A stretch of 64,000 bases of DNA, taken from contig NIVC01001195.1 in assembly GCA_002269645.1 (NCBI GenBank), positions 124,001 through 188,000 on the forward strand, in the 5' to 3' direction. Both the position numbers and the translations under genes were made by a program. This DNA comes from Macrostomum lignano. Lineage: Eukaryota. The notes beneath the pieces were generated by a model, which saw only the letters and a list, made by a program, of their open reading frames with translations, was not told the DNA's origin and did not search any database. Positions 29,052 to 40,672 of the stretch are shown here, one piece after another (position 1 is the first letter of the stretch; each line of letters begins with the position of its first letter).

Positions 29052-29750
29052 ATGGCGATCAAGCGCCAACCCAACTTCTCGCCTGGAGAAAAGGAAGAGT
29101 TGGTGAATTACGTAAACAAGTACCTCGATACTATCAATTCTTAAGACAAAAAAGTCGAGATGCAAAGGAAGAAGAAAGCAGTTTGGGAGGCAATCGCAGC
29201 TCACGTCAACGCTATTGGTGCCAACAAGCGGACCGGAGAAAAGTGCCGAAAAAAGTGGTGCGATTTGAAGTCCGATGTCAAATCGAAGATGGCTTCGCAG
29301 CGGCAGGACAAGCAGGCCACTGGGGCTGGACCCCCAACTGCAGCAGATCTTACTTCCTTCGAACAGGACGCAGCTGCAATGATGGCTCCTGAGATTATCG
29401 TCGGAGTGTCAGGCGGACTGGATTCAATGCAGACAGACTCCTCGGATCGGCGCTCGAGTCCATTTAATGACTTGTCTGGCCCATCTGCACCGCCGATGCC
29501 AAGTGGCTCAGCTCTCAGCGAACAACCTGCACGAGAGTCTAACCAGGCCATTGGACTGTCGACATCTCCGAAGAGGGCCAAAATTGAGCGTGCCGCGATG
29601 AACGACATGGAGGGCATCTATCAGTGTGAAGAACAGAGACTGCGGGTTGAAAAAGAACGTCTGGAGGTAGAGAAAGACCGGTTAGCTATCGAGCGTGAGC
29701 GACTGGATATTGAGAGGGCTCGACTGGCACTTGAGACAAAGAAAGTGTAA
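29052..29750 (+). pseudogene. Myb/SANT-like DNA-binding protein of PIF/Harbinger type, one in-frame stop
   Basis: MAIKRQPNFSPGEKEELVNYVNKY...*...KKAVWEAIAAHVNAIG..RTGEKCRKKWCDLK, with a C-terminal coiled coil (ERLEVEKDRLAIERERL); TAA at 29142. Candidate TIR GTTTCGAGAAAGACCCCC ends at 30097. Confidence 0.8.
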
Positions 29751-30289
29751 ACACTGGACATATGTGCGTCGATGTCAAAAACTTTCAATGTCAGTGTTTC
29801 TTAATGTTAATGTTACCGTTTTAACTTTTCTCGTTTACTAAATAACTAAATAAACTAAGCAACTCTTAACAAGTTTTAAAAAATCGCGGATACAGAAAGC
29901 AGTACATTGGGATCGTTGCCCACTTCGGGCCATAGACAACATTTTTTTGCTTCGCGATAACTTGCGAACTGCGTAAGTTGCGAGAACCCTAGGTTAGCTT
30001 CGAGATACAGCTTTATGACCCGTCTTACGCCAAGCGCAAAGTTCGGACTTACGCCTGCACTTACCATAGAACTTCAATAGTTTCGAGAAAGACCCCCAGA
30101 GCGGCATTCCATACCGCTAGTTTTACACTTTGTTCCACTGCAATTATCTGCCTTTTTTTCTTAGTTGTAGCACCCACTACAAAGTGGTAGCAGAGGGTGC
30201 GATAACAACAACTGGCTTACCTCACGATGCCCAGCAAACGCAACAAGCGGCAAACGGCGGCCACCAACGACTTTTCGACCGCTACCGAC

Positions 30290-30526
30290 ACCTGCGGCGA
30301 CTACCGCGCACTCAACGGAGTAACCAAGCCAGATCGCTACCCGATACCCCACATCGGACACTTTCACCATCGACTCCACGGTTCACGAGTTTTCAGTAAG
30401 CTTGACCTAGTAAGCTTGACGAAGGCTTACCACTTCGTACCCATCGCGGCGGAGGAAATAGACAAGACTGCATTTTGCACACCATTCGATTCGTTTGAGT
30501 ATCTGCGCATGCCATTTGGACTCTGA
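30290..30526 (+). mobile_element. Isolated Ty3/gypsy reverse transcriptase fragment
   Basis: CGDYRALNGVTKPDRYPIPHI...FSKLDL..AYHFVPIA.EEIDKTAFCTPF..FEYLRMPFGL. Confidence 0.88.
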
Positions 30527-30549
30527 CAATGCCGCTACGTCCCCAGCTG

Positions 30550-30705
30550 CTGACGCGCAGCAGCCAGAGGCCGCCGACGCGCAGCTGGAGGCCGCCGACG
30601 CGCAGCAGCCAGAGGCCGCCGACGAGCGGCAGCCGGAGGCCGCCGACGCGTAGCAGCCAGAGGCCGCCGACGCGCAGCCCCGGAAGCGGCGGCAGCCGGA
30701 CGCCG
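30550..30705. repeat. 24-bp GC-rich tandem repeat (GCCGACGCGCAGCAGCCAGAGGCC)
   Basis: About 6 copies. Confidence 0.85.
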
Positions 30706-31235
30706 ACTGTCAGCCGGGCCCTTCCAGGCCTACCCTCCGGCCAAGACCGCCGCGTCCGGATCAATAGTTTGATTGCTGCATCAAACTGCACAATTAGCTG
30801 CACAGAGCTATACTCGTCTTCAGTCTGCACATAGCAGCCATTCGGACAAGGTTAAGGTTGAAGACTTGTGTTGAGATGGTCGGTGATGATCGTCGCATCT
30901 GTAAACAACAACGCGCATTATTTTTCTACAGGAACAAACAAAAAAATTACTTTTCCGCTTTTTTATTCATGGGGCCCACTCTATAGTGTCTGAGGGAATT
31001 TATTAGTTGTAAGGAAATACTTTGTTGTATGAGTGTCTTTGCGAAATACAACACATTAGATTTCTGTTGCAAAAAATGCTACTTAAATTCAATTAATACA
31101 ATGAAGCCTACTAATGCTTGCTTCATGGCCTTTTAAATTTTTCTTTTATTTTGTCTCAATTTTCAAAAAGACGTTAAGAAGAAGCTTTGTGTAAATAATG
31201 GTTCATTATGTAGAGTTCGTGCCACCAATGTAACG

Positions 31236-31810
31236 ATGAGCGATTTAGCGATGAGCGATTTAGCGATGAGCGATTTAGCGATGAGCGATTTAGCGATAAG
31301 CGATTTAGCGATGAGCGATTTAGCGATAAGCGATTTAGCGATGAGCGATTTAGCGATGAGCGATTTAGCGATGAGCGATTTAGCGATGAGCGATTTAGCG
31401 ATGAGCGATTTAGCGATGAGCGATTTAGCGATGAGCGATTTAGCGATGAGCGATTTAGCGATGAGCGATTTAGCGATGAGCGATTTAGCGATGAGCGATT
31501 TAGCGATGAGCGATTTAGCGATGAGCGATTTAGCGATGAGCGATTTAGCGATGAGCGATTTAGCGATGAGCGATTTAGCGATGAGCGATTTAGCGATGAG
31601 CGATTTAGCGATGAGCGATTTAGCGATGAGCGATTTAGCGATGAGCGATTTAGCGATGAGCGATTTAGCGATGAGCGATTTAGCGATGAGCGATTTAGCG
31701 ATGAGCGATTTAGCGATGAGCGATTTAGCGATGAGCGATTTAGCGATGAGCGATTTAGCGATGAGCGATTTAGCGATGAGCGATTTAGCGATGAGCGATT
31801 TAGCGATGAG
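31236..31810. repeat. Nearly perfect 15-bp tandem array (ATGAGCGATTTAGCG)
   Basis: About 38 copies, two with an ATAAG variant. Confidence 0.98.
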
Positions 31811-32795
31811 CTCGAATGGCTGGTATGTGGATTACTTTAGAAAGCTGACCTGAGATTTTTGAAAAGTCGAATTTTTTTCAAAATGATTGCCCACTTGCAA
31901 AATTACTCTTTCCCAATGATTTTGGCGCGAGAAATCAAATGGCGAAACTCCGGAGACGCCAGGCAGTGAGACAAAAAAGTTGGAGCCATTTTTCAATTTT
32001 TCTTTCAATTTTTCAATTTTTGGAATCTCAAAGTTTGATATTCTAAAGTAGAAATCTCAAAGCATTGTATAGTGCATTTCTGTGCCTAAAAGTTCACTAT
32101 CCGCTTATTTGTGCACCATTTGCACAGCACCTAGCGATATCACGGACCAGAACGGTGCGAATCCTGGGTGATTTAGTGAAAGTTGAGATGGTCCAAAAGT
32201 CAATTATTTCCTATGTAGCCCCCCGATTTCGTCACGCCGGGAGCCCCCCGTGCATGGGTTGTTGCACTTCAGAGGACGCTATATGCTATAGAGCTCGAGT
32301 ACATAAAACCACCCGACACCATCCGGACCACGCTTCATTTTGATTGGGCATGCGAAATGCGTTCGAAAGACGGCAACGCGGTCGCTCAGAACCTATTAGA
32401 AGTGCTTCTAGTGGGCTAAAATAGCACATTTATAGGGTCTTATATCGATTTTTTATCAGAAATCAGCAGCTTCAGAAATCAGCAGCTTCAGAAATCAACT
32501 GTGCATTTGTGAAGTACAGGCGAGTTGATCCATAGACTGCGGAAGTCGCACCCGCGTGTCAGCCTCGCACAGTGCCTGTACTGGCTTGTACTATGATACG
32601 ACTCGTAGTTTGGGCGGACTACAATAGTCGCTCATCACGCTCAGGAGACTAGGTGAGTCTGGTCATGCGACTTGGTCATTCGAGCAACTGTTACCAGGTG
32701 TTACCAGAGATAGTTCAGGATGGCTATATTGACTCTCAAGATAGCATCGACGCTATTCTTTGTGCTTCTCTTTTTGACGGCACAGACGTTCCAGA

Positions 32796-32944
32796 TTGCT
32801 GTGGGTTGAGCACAGCAAACTTATTGCGAGCTTCACTTGTATTTTCGAGCGTAATTCAGTTCATTTTTGTCTATGGCTGTGTAGGCAGCTAACGGCTGCT
32901 TGAGCCAGTAGAGCTCGACTCTCTTAAACATAATTAATAAATTT
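32796..32944 (+). repeat. Exact 149-bp copy of 24555-24703 (LTR-region sequence of gypsy element 1)
   Basis: Base-by-base identity from TTGCTGTGGGTTGAGC to AATTAATAAATTT. Confidence 0.92.
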
Positions 32945-35354
32945 AAGGCCTCGACCGGCAGCTTCTGCATCAGCTACAGACCCTGCTGCATCACGAAAAC
33001 TCTTATGTTCACAGCTTCAAGGCCGCCATTGAAAGGCTAGATGAGGATCCAAGACTGCAGAATGCATCCCTTGTGATTCGAGCTGACCGAAAGCCTGATG
33101 GGAGCATTTAAGGTTGGCCAACTTTATCTATCTTACCTTCTAAAACAATGAGAGAATCCCATAAAAGATAAGGCGTATAATGTGACGTATAAGCAATATC
33201 ATGTGCATGTACGCTACTTTGAGTCAAATTAGGATATATGCCGTAAGTCCACGAGCCAATGAAGTATTTTTCTTACGCCTGGCGCTTCTCCGAGTTCGAG
33301 GACCTCTAAGCTATGAATCCCTGAGGAGAGTCGACAATGTTCTGCACCCTACCTTTAGAGAAGCGTGTAAGGCGATGGGTATGCTTGAAGACGATGTGCA
33401 TTGGCGGCTGTGCATGGTGGAAGCTGTAGAGACATAGGTGCCGGTTGCGCTGCAGTGCTTATTCTGTGTTATTCTTGTACATGGTGATCCCGTGGACATT
33501 CCCGATCTGTGGTCTCGGTTTCGGCTAGCAATGGGTGAGGACTTTGTTTACAGTGAATCCGCTGGAGAAAATTGGGTGGATAATCGAGTTCTTCAAGATC
33601 TTGCTTGACGACTTGAGACGATGGGTGGCTGCAAACTCTCGCAGTTTGGCCTACCGGAGCCTCAGCAGCATGCAGTCAGTGAAGCGAAATTCAACTTCCA
33701 GGAGTTAAACAGTTTTGTAGAGGAAAGGGAAAAGCTTCCTAGCAATGAGCAACGAGCTGTCTACAATTCAGTTGTTGAAGGTTTGCAAAGGTGGTCTGCA
33801 CTTAATCGACGCCGCTGGTGGAACTGGAAAAAGATTTTTGCTTGAGCTTCTGGTTTCGCGTGTTCGTACTCAGGGAGATATTGCATTTGCGGTGGCAAGT
33901 ACTGGAATCGCTGCAACTCTGCTTCCAGGAGGCCAGGCTTCGCATTCTGCTTTCAAAATCCCACTGACATCTGCAAACCAGAGTGAAAGCTTCTGCGCAA
34001 TCGGCAAGCAAACTGCTTTGGCAGAGAAGTTGCGGAAAACTAAATTAATCGTTTGGGATGAGGCTCCAATGATGCATCGAAGGGTTCTGGAAACAGTTGA
34101 GCGAAGCTTGCGGGACGTTGTTGCCGACAGACCATTTGGTGGAATCACTACTGTTTTAGCTGGAGATTTTCGCCAGCTTTTGGATGTTATTAAAGGTGGC
34201 ACTGCAGCTAACACGATAAAGGCTTGTATCAACCAGAGCACCCTTTGGCCATGGTTTCAGCAGCACAAGCTCTCCCGTAATCTGCGGCTCCTAGCTGAAG
34301 AAAACTTTGCGGCTCTGCAGTACGCCGATTTTTTGCTTCAGGTAGGTACTGCACATTTTAGGAATACATTTCTGTAGGTGGGACATGAGTGGACAAGGGA
34401 GACCACACAACACGAAAATAAATTCTGGCTGAAGTCTAGCCGCATAAGTATGTAAAAATATAGCTGTGTGCTGGCCTGTAATAATTAGTAAGCTTCTTTT
34501 AAACAATGCGGATTTAAAAACTGCTTGACGATATTTCTTTGCTTCTAAAATGCCAAATGTATGCCAAATAGTCTTTTTACTTTCCTCAAGGTAGGTGAAG
34601 GCCGACTGCCAGAGGATGACAGAGGTAACATAGAACTGCCTAACGAGATATGTATGCCAGAGGGATCGGAGACAATCGACCTGATTCGACACGTATTTCA
34701 TAGCTTTGAGGCATCACTAGATCGGGACCGGCTTTTTGAGTCAAGGGCCATCTTGGCACCCCATAATCGGACAGTGGACGAAGTCAAAGCTGAATTCTTG
34801 GCAAGGTTTCCAGGAAGCCTGGTGGAATACCGTTCAATCGACTCTTTTCTAGCGATGAGGATGCGGCAACCCAGTTTCCTCCTGTGGAGGCGCTGAACTC
34901 TCTGGACCCACCTGGATTTCCGCAGCATCGACTGCAACTGAAAGTTGGTGTGCCAATCATGCTGCTCAGAAATCGACACGCTCCGCGGCTCTGCAATGGC
35001 ACTCGCCTGATTGCGATAGGACTGGAGTCCAACTTTTTGGCTGCACGTATCGCTGCTGGTGCGTTCAAGGGCGAGCCTGTTTTACTCCCTAGAATTCCAC
35101 TGGAACCAAGCGCTGATGACATGCCAATAAAATTTCGAAGGCTGCAATTTCCAGTTCGCCCGTGTTTCGCCATTACTATTCATAAAAGCCAAGATCAGAG
35201 CTTAGATTTTTTTGGTGTCCATCTGGGAATGTCGTGTTTTCAGCACGGTCAGTTGTATGTTGCGCTCAGTCGTGCTCGTGACCCTAAACATGTCAAAGTA
35301 CTGCCGTCCGGAAGACGAACTCAAAACATAGTGTTTAAAGCGGGTTTTTTCTAA
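32945..35354 (+). mobile_element. Helitron B: Rep/helicase pseudogene, Rep domain deleted, PIF1 helicase essentially complete
   Basis: LDRQLLHQLQTLLHHENSYVHSFK (N-terminal region), AVSPRANEVFFLRLALLRVRGP, DAAGGTGK, LIVWDEAPM, GDFRQL, intron 34342-34590, LCNGTRL, FAITIHKSQDQSL, HGQLYVALSR; contains stops and frameshifts. Confidence 0.93.
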
Positions 35355-35911
35355 TTGATTGGTTGAATTGATGAATTCAGACGTCTTGTAACGTCTTAAA
35401 AAAGACGTAAAATTTTTTACAGCTCATTTACTGTTTAGCGCTGTTGTTCATTAAATTATATTGTATATATTATAATTATTTTTCAATTTTCGGAATTTCC
35501 CACTGCAAGTACGATTAATTTGTCTTTTCTCCATTACCAGTACCAACGTGTGTTTAGTGCTAGAATTGAGTTGTAAAAATTTGAATCTAGGCTAATTGAG
35601 CACAGCTATTGGTAATGGAGAAAAGACAAATTAATCGTACTTGCAGAGGGAAATTACACGAGAATATATATCTACCCAGTCGCACTTTTAATAGTCTTTG
35701 GTCAAAAGAGCTCAATTACACAAGTAGCAATTGGTACAGTTCTCTCTTAATAGTTAACATGACAAAAGTGTCAACAGTGGCATACGGTACAGCGGCATAT
35801 TATTGCCACATCTATTGATTTGGATTTGATAACTGCACTGACATATTACTGCAGGATATTTTTAAGTTATTGCTAAATCCAACTGCAAGAATATTTTATT
35901 TCAATATTTCA

Positions 35912-36997
35912 ATGGAAAGCTCATCACCAAAAAAGCCGAAGTACGATTTAACAACTCTTACTACTGGAGGAGTGAGATACTCATTGGATGTCCAGATACA
36001 ACATCGAGAACTTCTAAAGGCTTGGGCCAATTCAAACTATTCAGGTGAGTTTTTCGGCTTACTTGTAGCAGATGAAACCACCGAAATAAGACTTACAGTG
36101 TTCGGTAAAAGCCTATCCGACCTGTGGACACTTTGTGAGCCTACCAAATCTATCGTTGTCAGTGGGGTTAACGTGAAGACTGCCGACAGGCGTTTTAATT
36201 ACGCTAAGAACAATCTAGAGTGGACCATAAACATTGAAAAGGACACTATTGCGCTGTCTGATCGAAATGTGAAAGGAAGCATCCATTATAGCTTTAATAA
36301 GATTGCTGACCTTTCCGTCGCAATTGACACGTAAGTTTTCAATGTTACTAGTCATTTGTTGAAATTTGATAGACATACGCAATAATTTAATATTATTACC
36401 AACATTACACTTTAGGCCTATTGACATTTTGGGTGTCGTGGAGAGCATCCAGGCCCCCGTCGAAGTTGTCACGAAAAAAGGACCAACACTTACTGCGTCC
36501 GTGCTATTAGTGGATGAAACTGGTCACTCTGTCAGTGGGACATTCTGGGGTGCTCGGACAGAGAGAATGCTAGATGGTCGTCCAATAGCCTGCAAAGTTG
36601 TTAGGGTTACTGATTACGATGGGCTAACACTAAATTTGTCACATGCCATAGTAACAGATGGCAGTCAACTTTCTGAGTCAAGTCTACTGACTGACTGGTT
36701 CTCAATGCGCGATTCATCATCGCAGTCAATCCCCATTGGCTCTTCTCAACCATTGAGAACTCGAATGGATCTGTCCAAGCGCAATAAAATCGTGGAAAAA
36801 GACGATGATGAGGAAGTTGTTATTAAAATACCCTCGAGTGTCAAGCGGCTGAAGGGAGGTATTGAGGTAAGGAATCCATGAAGTGTTTTACTTGCTCTAT
36901 TAATTAACTATATACGCGTACTGTTGCAAATTATACTTAATTTGGGGTCTGATATGTTTTTCTAACATTATAGCGCACCGTTTCCATCGACAATTAA
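35912..36997 (+). CDS. RPA70-like ssDNA-binding protein (OB folds A and B only), spliced, probably Helitron-borne
   Basis: Exons 35912-36330 and 36416-36866 (phase-matched GT-AG intron) plus probable 36974-36997. Aligns by eye to RPA1 DBD-A/B: WANSNYSGEFFGLLVADETTEIRLTVF, VKTADRRFN, DILGVVESI, LVDETGHSVSGTFWG, RVTDYDG. No stops. Confidence 0.87.
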
Positions 36998-39900
36998 GCA
37001 GGCAAAACCAATGCTAAAGGCTCTCTAATGGATTACAATTACATACTCCGTAAAACCTATGCCAACTCTTATGTGTTCAAGTGTCGAATATTTACGTCAC
37101 ATGTTTCAACTTAAATATCTTAAATAGCTTAACTTAAAAACAACTTAAATAGCTTATTTGGCCCAGTTGTTTCTCCCCATGGTACGTATCCATATTCCAA
37201 ACTCTGAATGTCTATGTAATTTTTTTCATGATTATCTGTCAAATTTAACATTTAGCGTATGTCTGCGTAAGTTGTTACTAAAAATTTTGTTACTACTAAT
37301 AATATAAATGATATACATATATTGGTCTAATTAATTAAATATTTAGTCGAATTAAACTCCACAAAATGTAGGGATTATTACGTTCGTATATTGATAAAAT
37401 ATTTCCCATTTGGCCGAGTTTTTATGAAAATTTTATTATATATAGTATGCAAAAGACAAAAACTTAGTCTGCTTTAATTTAATATCAATTTCAACCTTAT
37501 TCAAAATTTACTAGTGTAACAGACCCCAAAACTATTAGAAACTTCACGGCTTGGATAACCAATCCCACCGCTAAAGACACCAAATGTAACGGATTATAAT
37601 TTAATTAAACTTGACGGTGTTGACAACAACTTAATGCTAACTTTGCTACTGTCGTCTGTCGACAAGTAGTCTGTGTCGAAAATTAAATCTAACGTTGAGC
37701 CGAGACAGGCCCCTTGTCGCGAGTGACCTGTAACTTCCTACGGGCCCTATGTCTCGCGGAACTATAGATTTCCTCTGGACTCTCTGTCTCCTAGGCTCTT
37801 TGTCTAGTTGCAGACTATGAATCACTCGTACTATAGCACGGCGGTGACTCAGCGTCTGGCCCAACTCAGACGGGCTTCTTGTCCGCGAAATCTTAGTGAG
37901 CGGAGTGACTTGGTTCTCTATTTCCGGTAGTGACAAAGGTCCCAAATGACTTAGAATTTCGGTAGCTTCGAAATATTGGCCTGAGGCTATACTGCTTATA
38001 ATGCACCAGTCGAAGAGCGGTACCCTGAGATGGTCTGATAGAGTAATGCCACTGATTTCTTGATAAATTACGTTCCACGATAAATCGATAATTCAATCCC
38101 AAAGCTATTTACGTCACGAAAGGTAGTTCGCTGCAACCAATCGAAGCTATGATTAAATGACTGAGCCAAGCCGTTCCTCAAAGAAAGATTTGCTTAAATT
38201 GAACCAAATAACTTAAATTGATTTCAAATTAATTATAGGCTGACAATTGTAATTATAATTATCGAACGATAATTGAATAAATAAGTAAACTAGCGCACCA
38301 GCAGAAGTAATAAATAGACTTAACAATAATTAATTAGCAAAACACAAAAATAAGCTCGGCCTCCTGTGTCCTTACTAAATACAGTTTGTTAGAGCTAAGA
38401 TTTAGACTTCTCTAACTAATCTCAGTACTTAAGAGCTTTGCTCATACTAAGACTTATATTGAGCACTAAGTACTAGCCATGAAATAAGTTAATTATCAGG
38501 CACAACGGGACGGGCCTACACAAGACAATGTTACTAAATTGGAGCAAACAGTCCGGGCAAAGAGAGGCATTTCAACCCGCTTTCTCGCGAGCGCGCAAAT
38601 TCGAATCGGCGCGCGCGGTATTTATATACCCGCAGAACTAGTGCATTAAAACAAACAGTAGACCCTTTGTCGCGCATATACGGTATGCTATACGTTTTCG
38701 CATGTGCACGAGCTTCAGTGAATTAACTTCGCGTGTTAGTATTCTTCCATTATTCATTAATCTTCCATTATTCATCATTATGAGGTCGTCCATAACTTTA
38801 ATAATTTTTGTTGCTTTGCTGGCTGTCTGCCATGATTTAGTAAATCAACAGTCCCAAATGAAGTGGTCAATCGATTAAGATTGGAACAAAGATGAATTTG
38901 AAGGCTCAACGTCGCCCAATCTCCGCCTCGCTACTAAGAGATCCTGAAAGTCTTTTTAGAACGAATAAAGTTTCATTGAGTAGCAATGGAAACAGGTCAC
39001 TCCAAATCTAAATCCAAATCCAAATCCAAATTCTTTTTTCGCTCCGGAAGCGTTCGGCAGACTAGTCAATATAATTCGATAAACGCTCCAAGGGTTGGTG
39101 GTGTTTGAAATGGTTTACGACATGAAACCCATAAATATCAAAAAAGACGTGGCTAAAGCTATTGCAAAGGAATCTCTCAAGTGCGTTGCTCAATACTCTT
39201 CTTGCGGCAATTCCATACACGCCTCAGAATGCTACACGGTCTTCGAGTGTCAACGGGACCCGAAAACGCTGGAGTATCGATGCATGTAAAATAATCTGTT
39301 CTACGGTTAATGCTAATACACTGGTGCAGGATGTGAAACAAACATTAATAGACAATTAATAATAAATCATAAATGTTGATTAATGACAATTATCTCCGGT
39401 TTAATCTAAATAATATGCTTGCATTAATCAAAACTGATAAATAAACCAAAACTAAACTGTTTTAATGTTGTTAAAATACCGTCAAACCTGACTAAATTTT
39501 ACTTGTCCAAATAAGCAACGAGTACCGTATGCAAGCTTTATAATGGATGGCAGTGGATGAACTCGCTTAACTGATTCGATACCTGTAATTTGAGTGAATT
39601 TTGCATTTTTAATACAAATAACTCCCCCCGTTGAGTTTATAAAAACAGGACTGAGCCTGATCAAGGATTTCTCTACAACTACCGGTAGAACGTGGAACGT
39701 GAATGAGAAACCTCTGTGTGGGGCGCACAAACTGAGGCCCACCTACGAGCGCAATTCTGGCCCAGTCTTTCTCACCGAAGCAGTCCAGTTTTCCTCGCTA
39801 ATTTTGACTAAATATTTAATTTTATAGTTTCAATATAGAACTTAAATTTAATCTTGAAGCTTGGAAAAGTGTATAATATGCCATAATTTTGATGTCGGGA

Positions 39901-40672
39901 TGAGTTTAAATGCCGAGAAGCAAAGGTAATTTCGCTGATTTTAAGCTCTTAAAACTTATTATTTCATGTGACGGCTATGTAAACTCATAAATTAATCACT
40001 TTTATAGGCTTCATTCGTTGGTGAATATTTGTTAATATCATACGAGCAATTAAAAAATTGAATAAATCTAACCGTGTCAGCCAGTGCTGAAAAAATGTTT
40101 TAACGCTTTTCTAATACTTTACAGTATTAAAGCTAATGTAATTTGCAATTTTAGAATTCAGCGAAAAGGGAAGCTGAGCATTGATGAGGCGCAATTTGAG
40201 CATTGATGAGGCGCGAGTTTTAGCATTGATGAAGTGCCAGTTTATTGTATGCACTGCTATTTCATCACCATTTCATAGGGGTTGTATCATAGTTGTTAAT
40301 ATAAGCACCTCCTGCAGACTGTCTTTACTTTAAGTCTCAACGAGGCCTTTTTACAACGGTCTGTTAGTCGGTCTGCACACTTGTCTGTTTGATGAATTGA
40401 CTGCGGTACACGCCGGCGCGCAGCGGTTGCTTTTACTTCTCAACCGAAATAAGTTTAAAATTAACGCCAAACATAAGGTGTGGTAGTGGCTGCTAGCTAG
40501 AACTAGCGTTGTTGCACTTTACCCAATCATATCCTTGTAATGTCTGGGGTAGCAACCAGCTATACATTCTTAAGCTTTCGTTCCCAGCCTCTCACTTATG
40601 TTATATTTTCTCTGCTTGAATAAACTCGAACATTAACGCCAAAGTGCCGACAGCTTAGTTCAAACTACAAAA

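Noticed and set aside
27303-29750. P-like transposase plus Myb gene as a single two-gene transposon
   Set aside because: The Myb gene has its own Harbinger-like end and the transposase is P-type; adjacency in a TE nest is sufficient explanation
31236-31853. (MSDLA)n 205-aa protein
   Set aside because: Pure 15-bp satellite with no unique coding sequence or splice context
20184-35354. Helitron A and B as one element split by the gypsy insertion
   Set aside because: B restarts in the N-terminal region already present in A, and the overlapping helicase segments are clearly divergent proteins
37511-38600. Solo LTR starting TGTAAC at 37515, or Helitron 3' end at CTAG 37511
   Set aside because: No matching ...CA end, TSD or second copy found, and no hairpin before the CTAG
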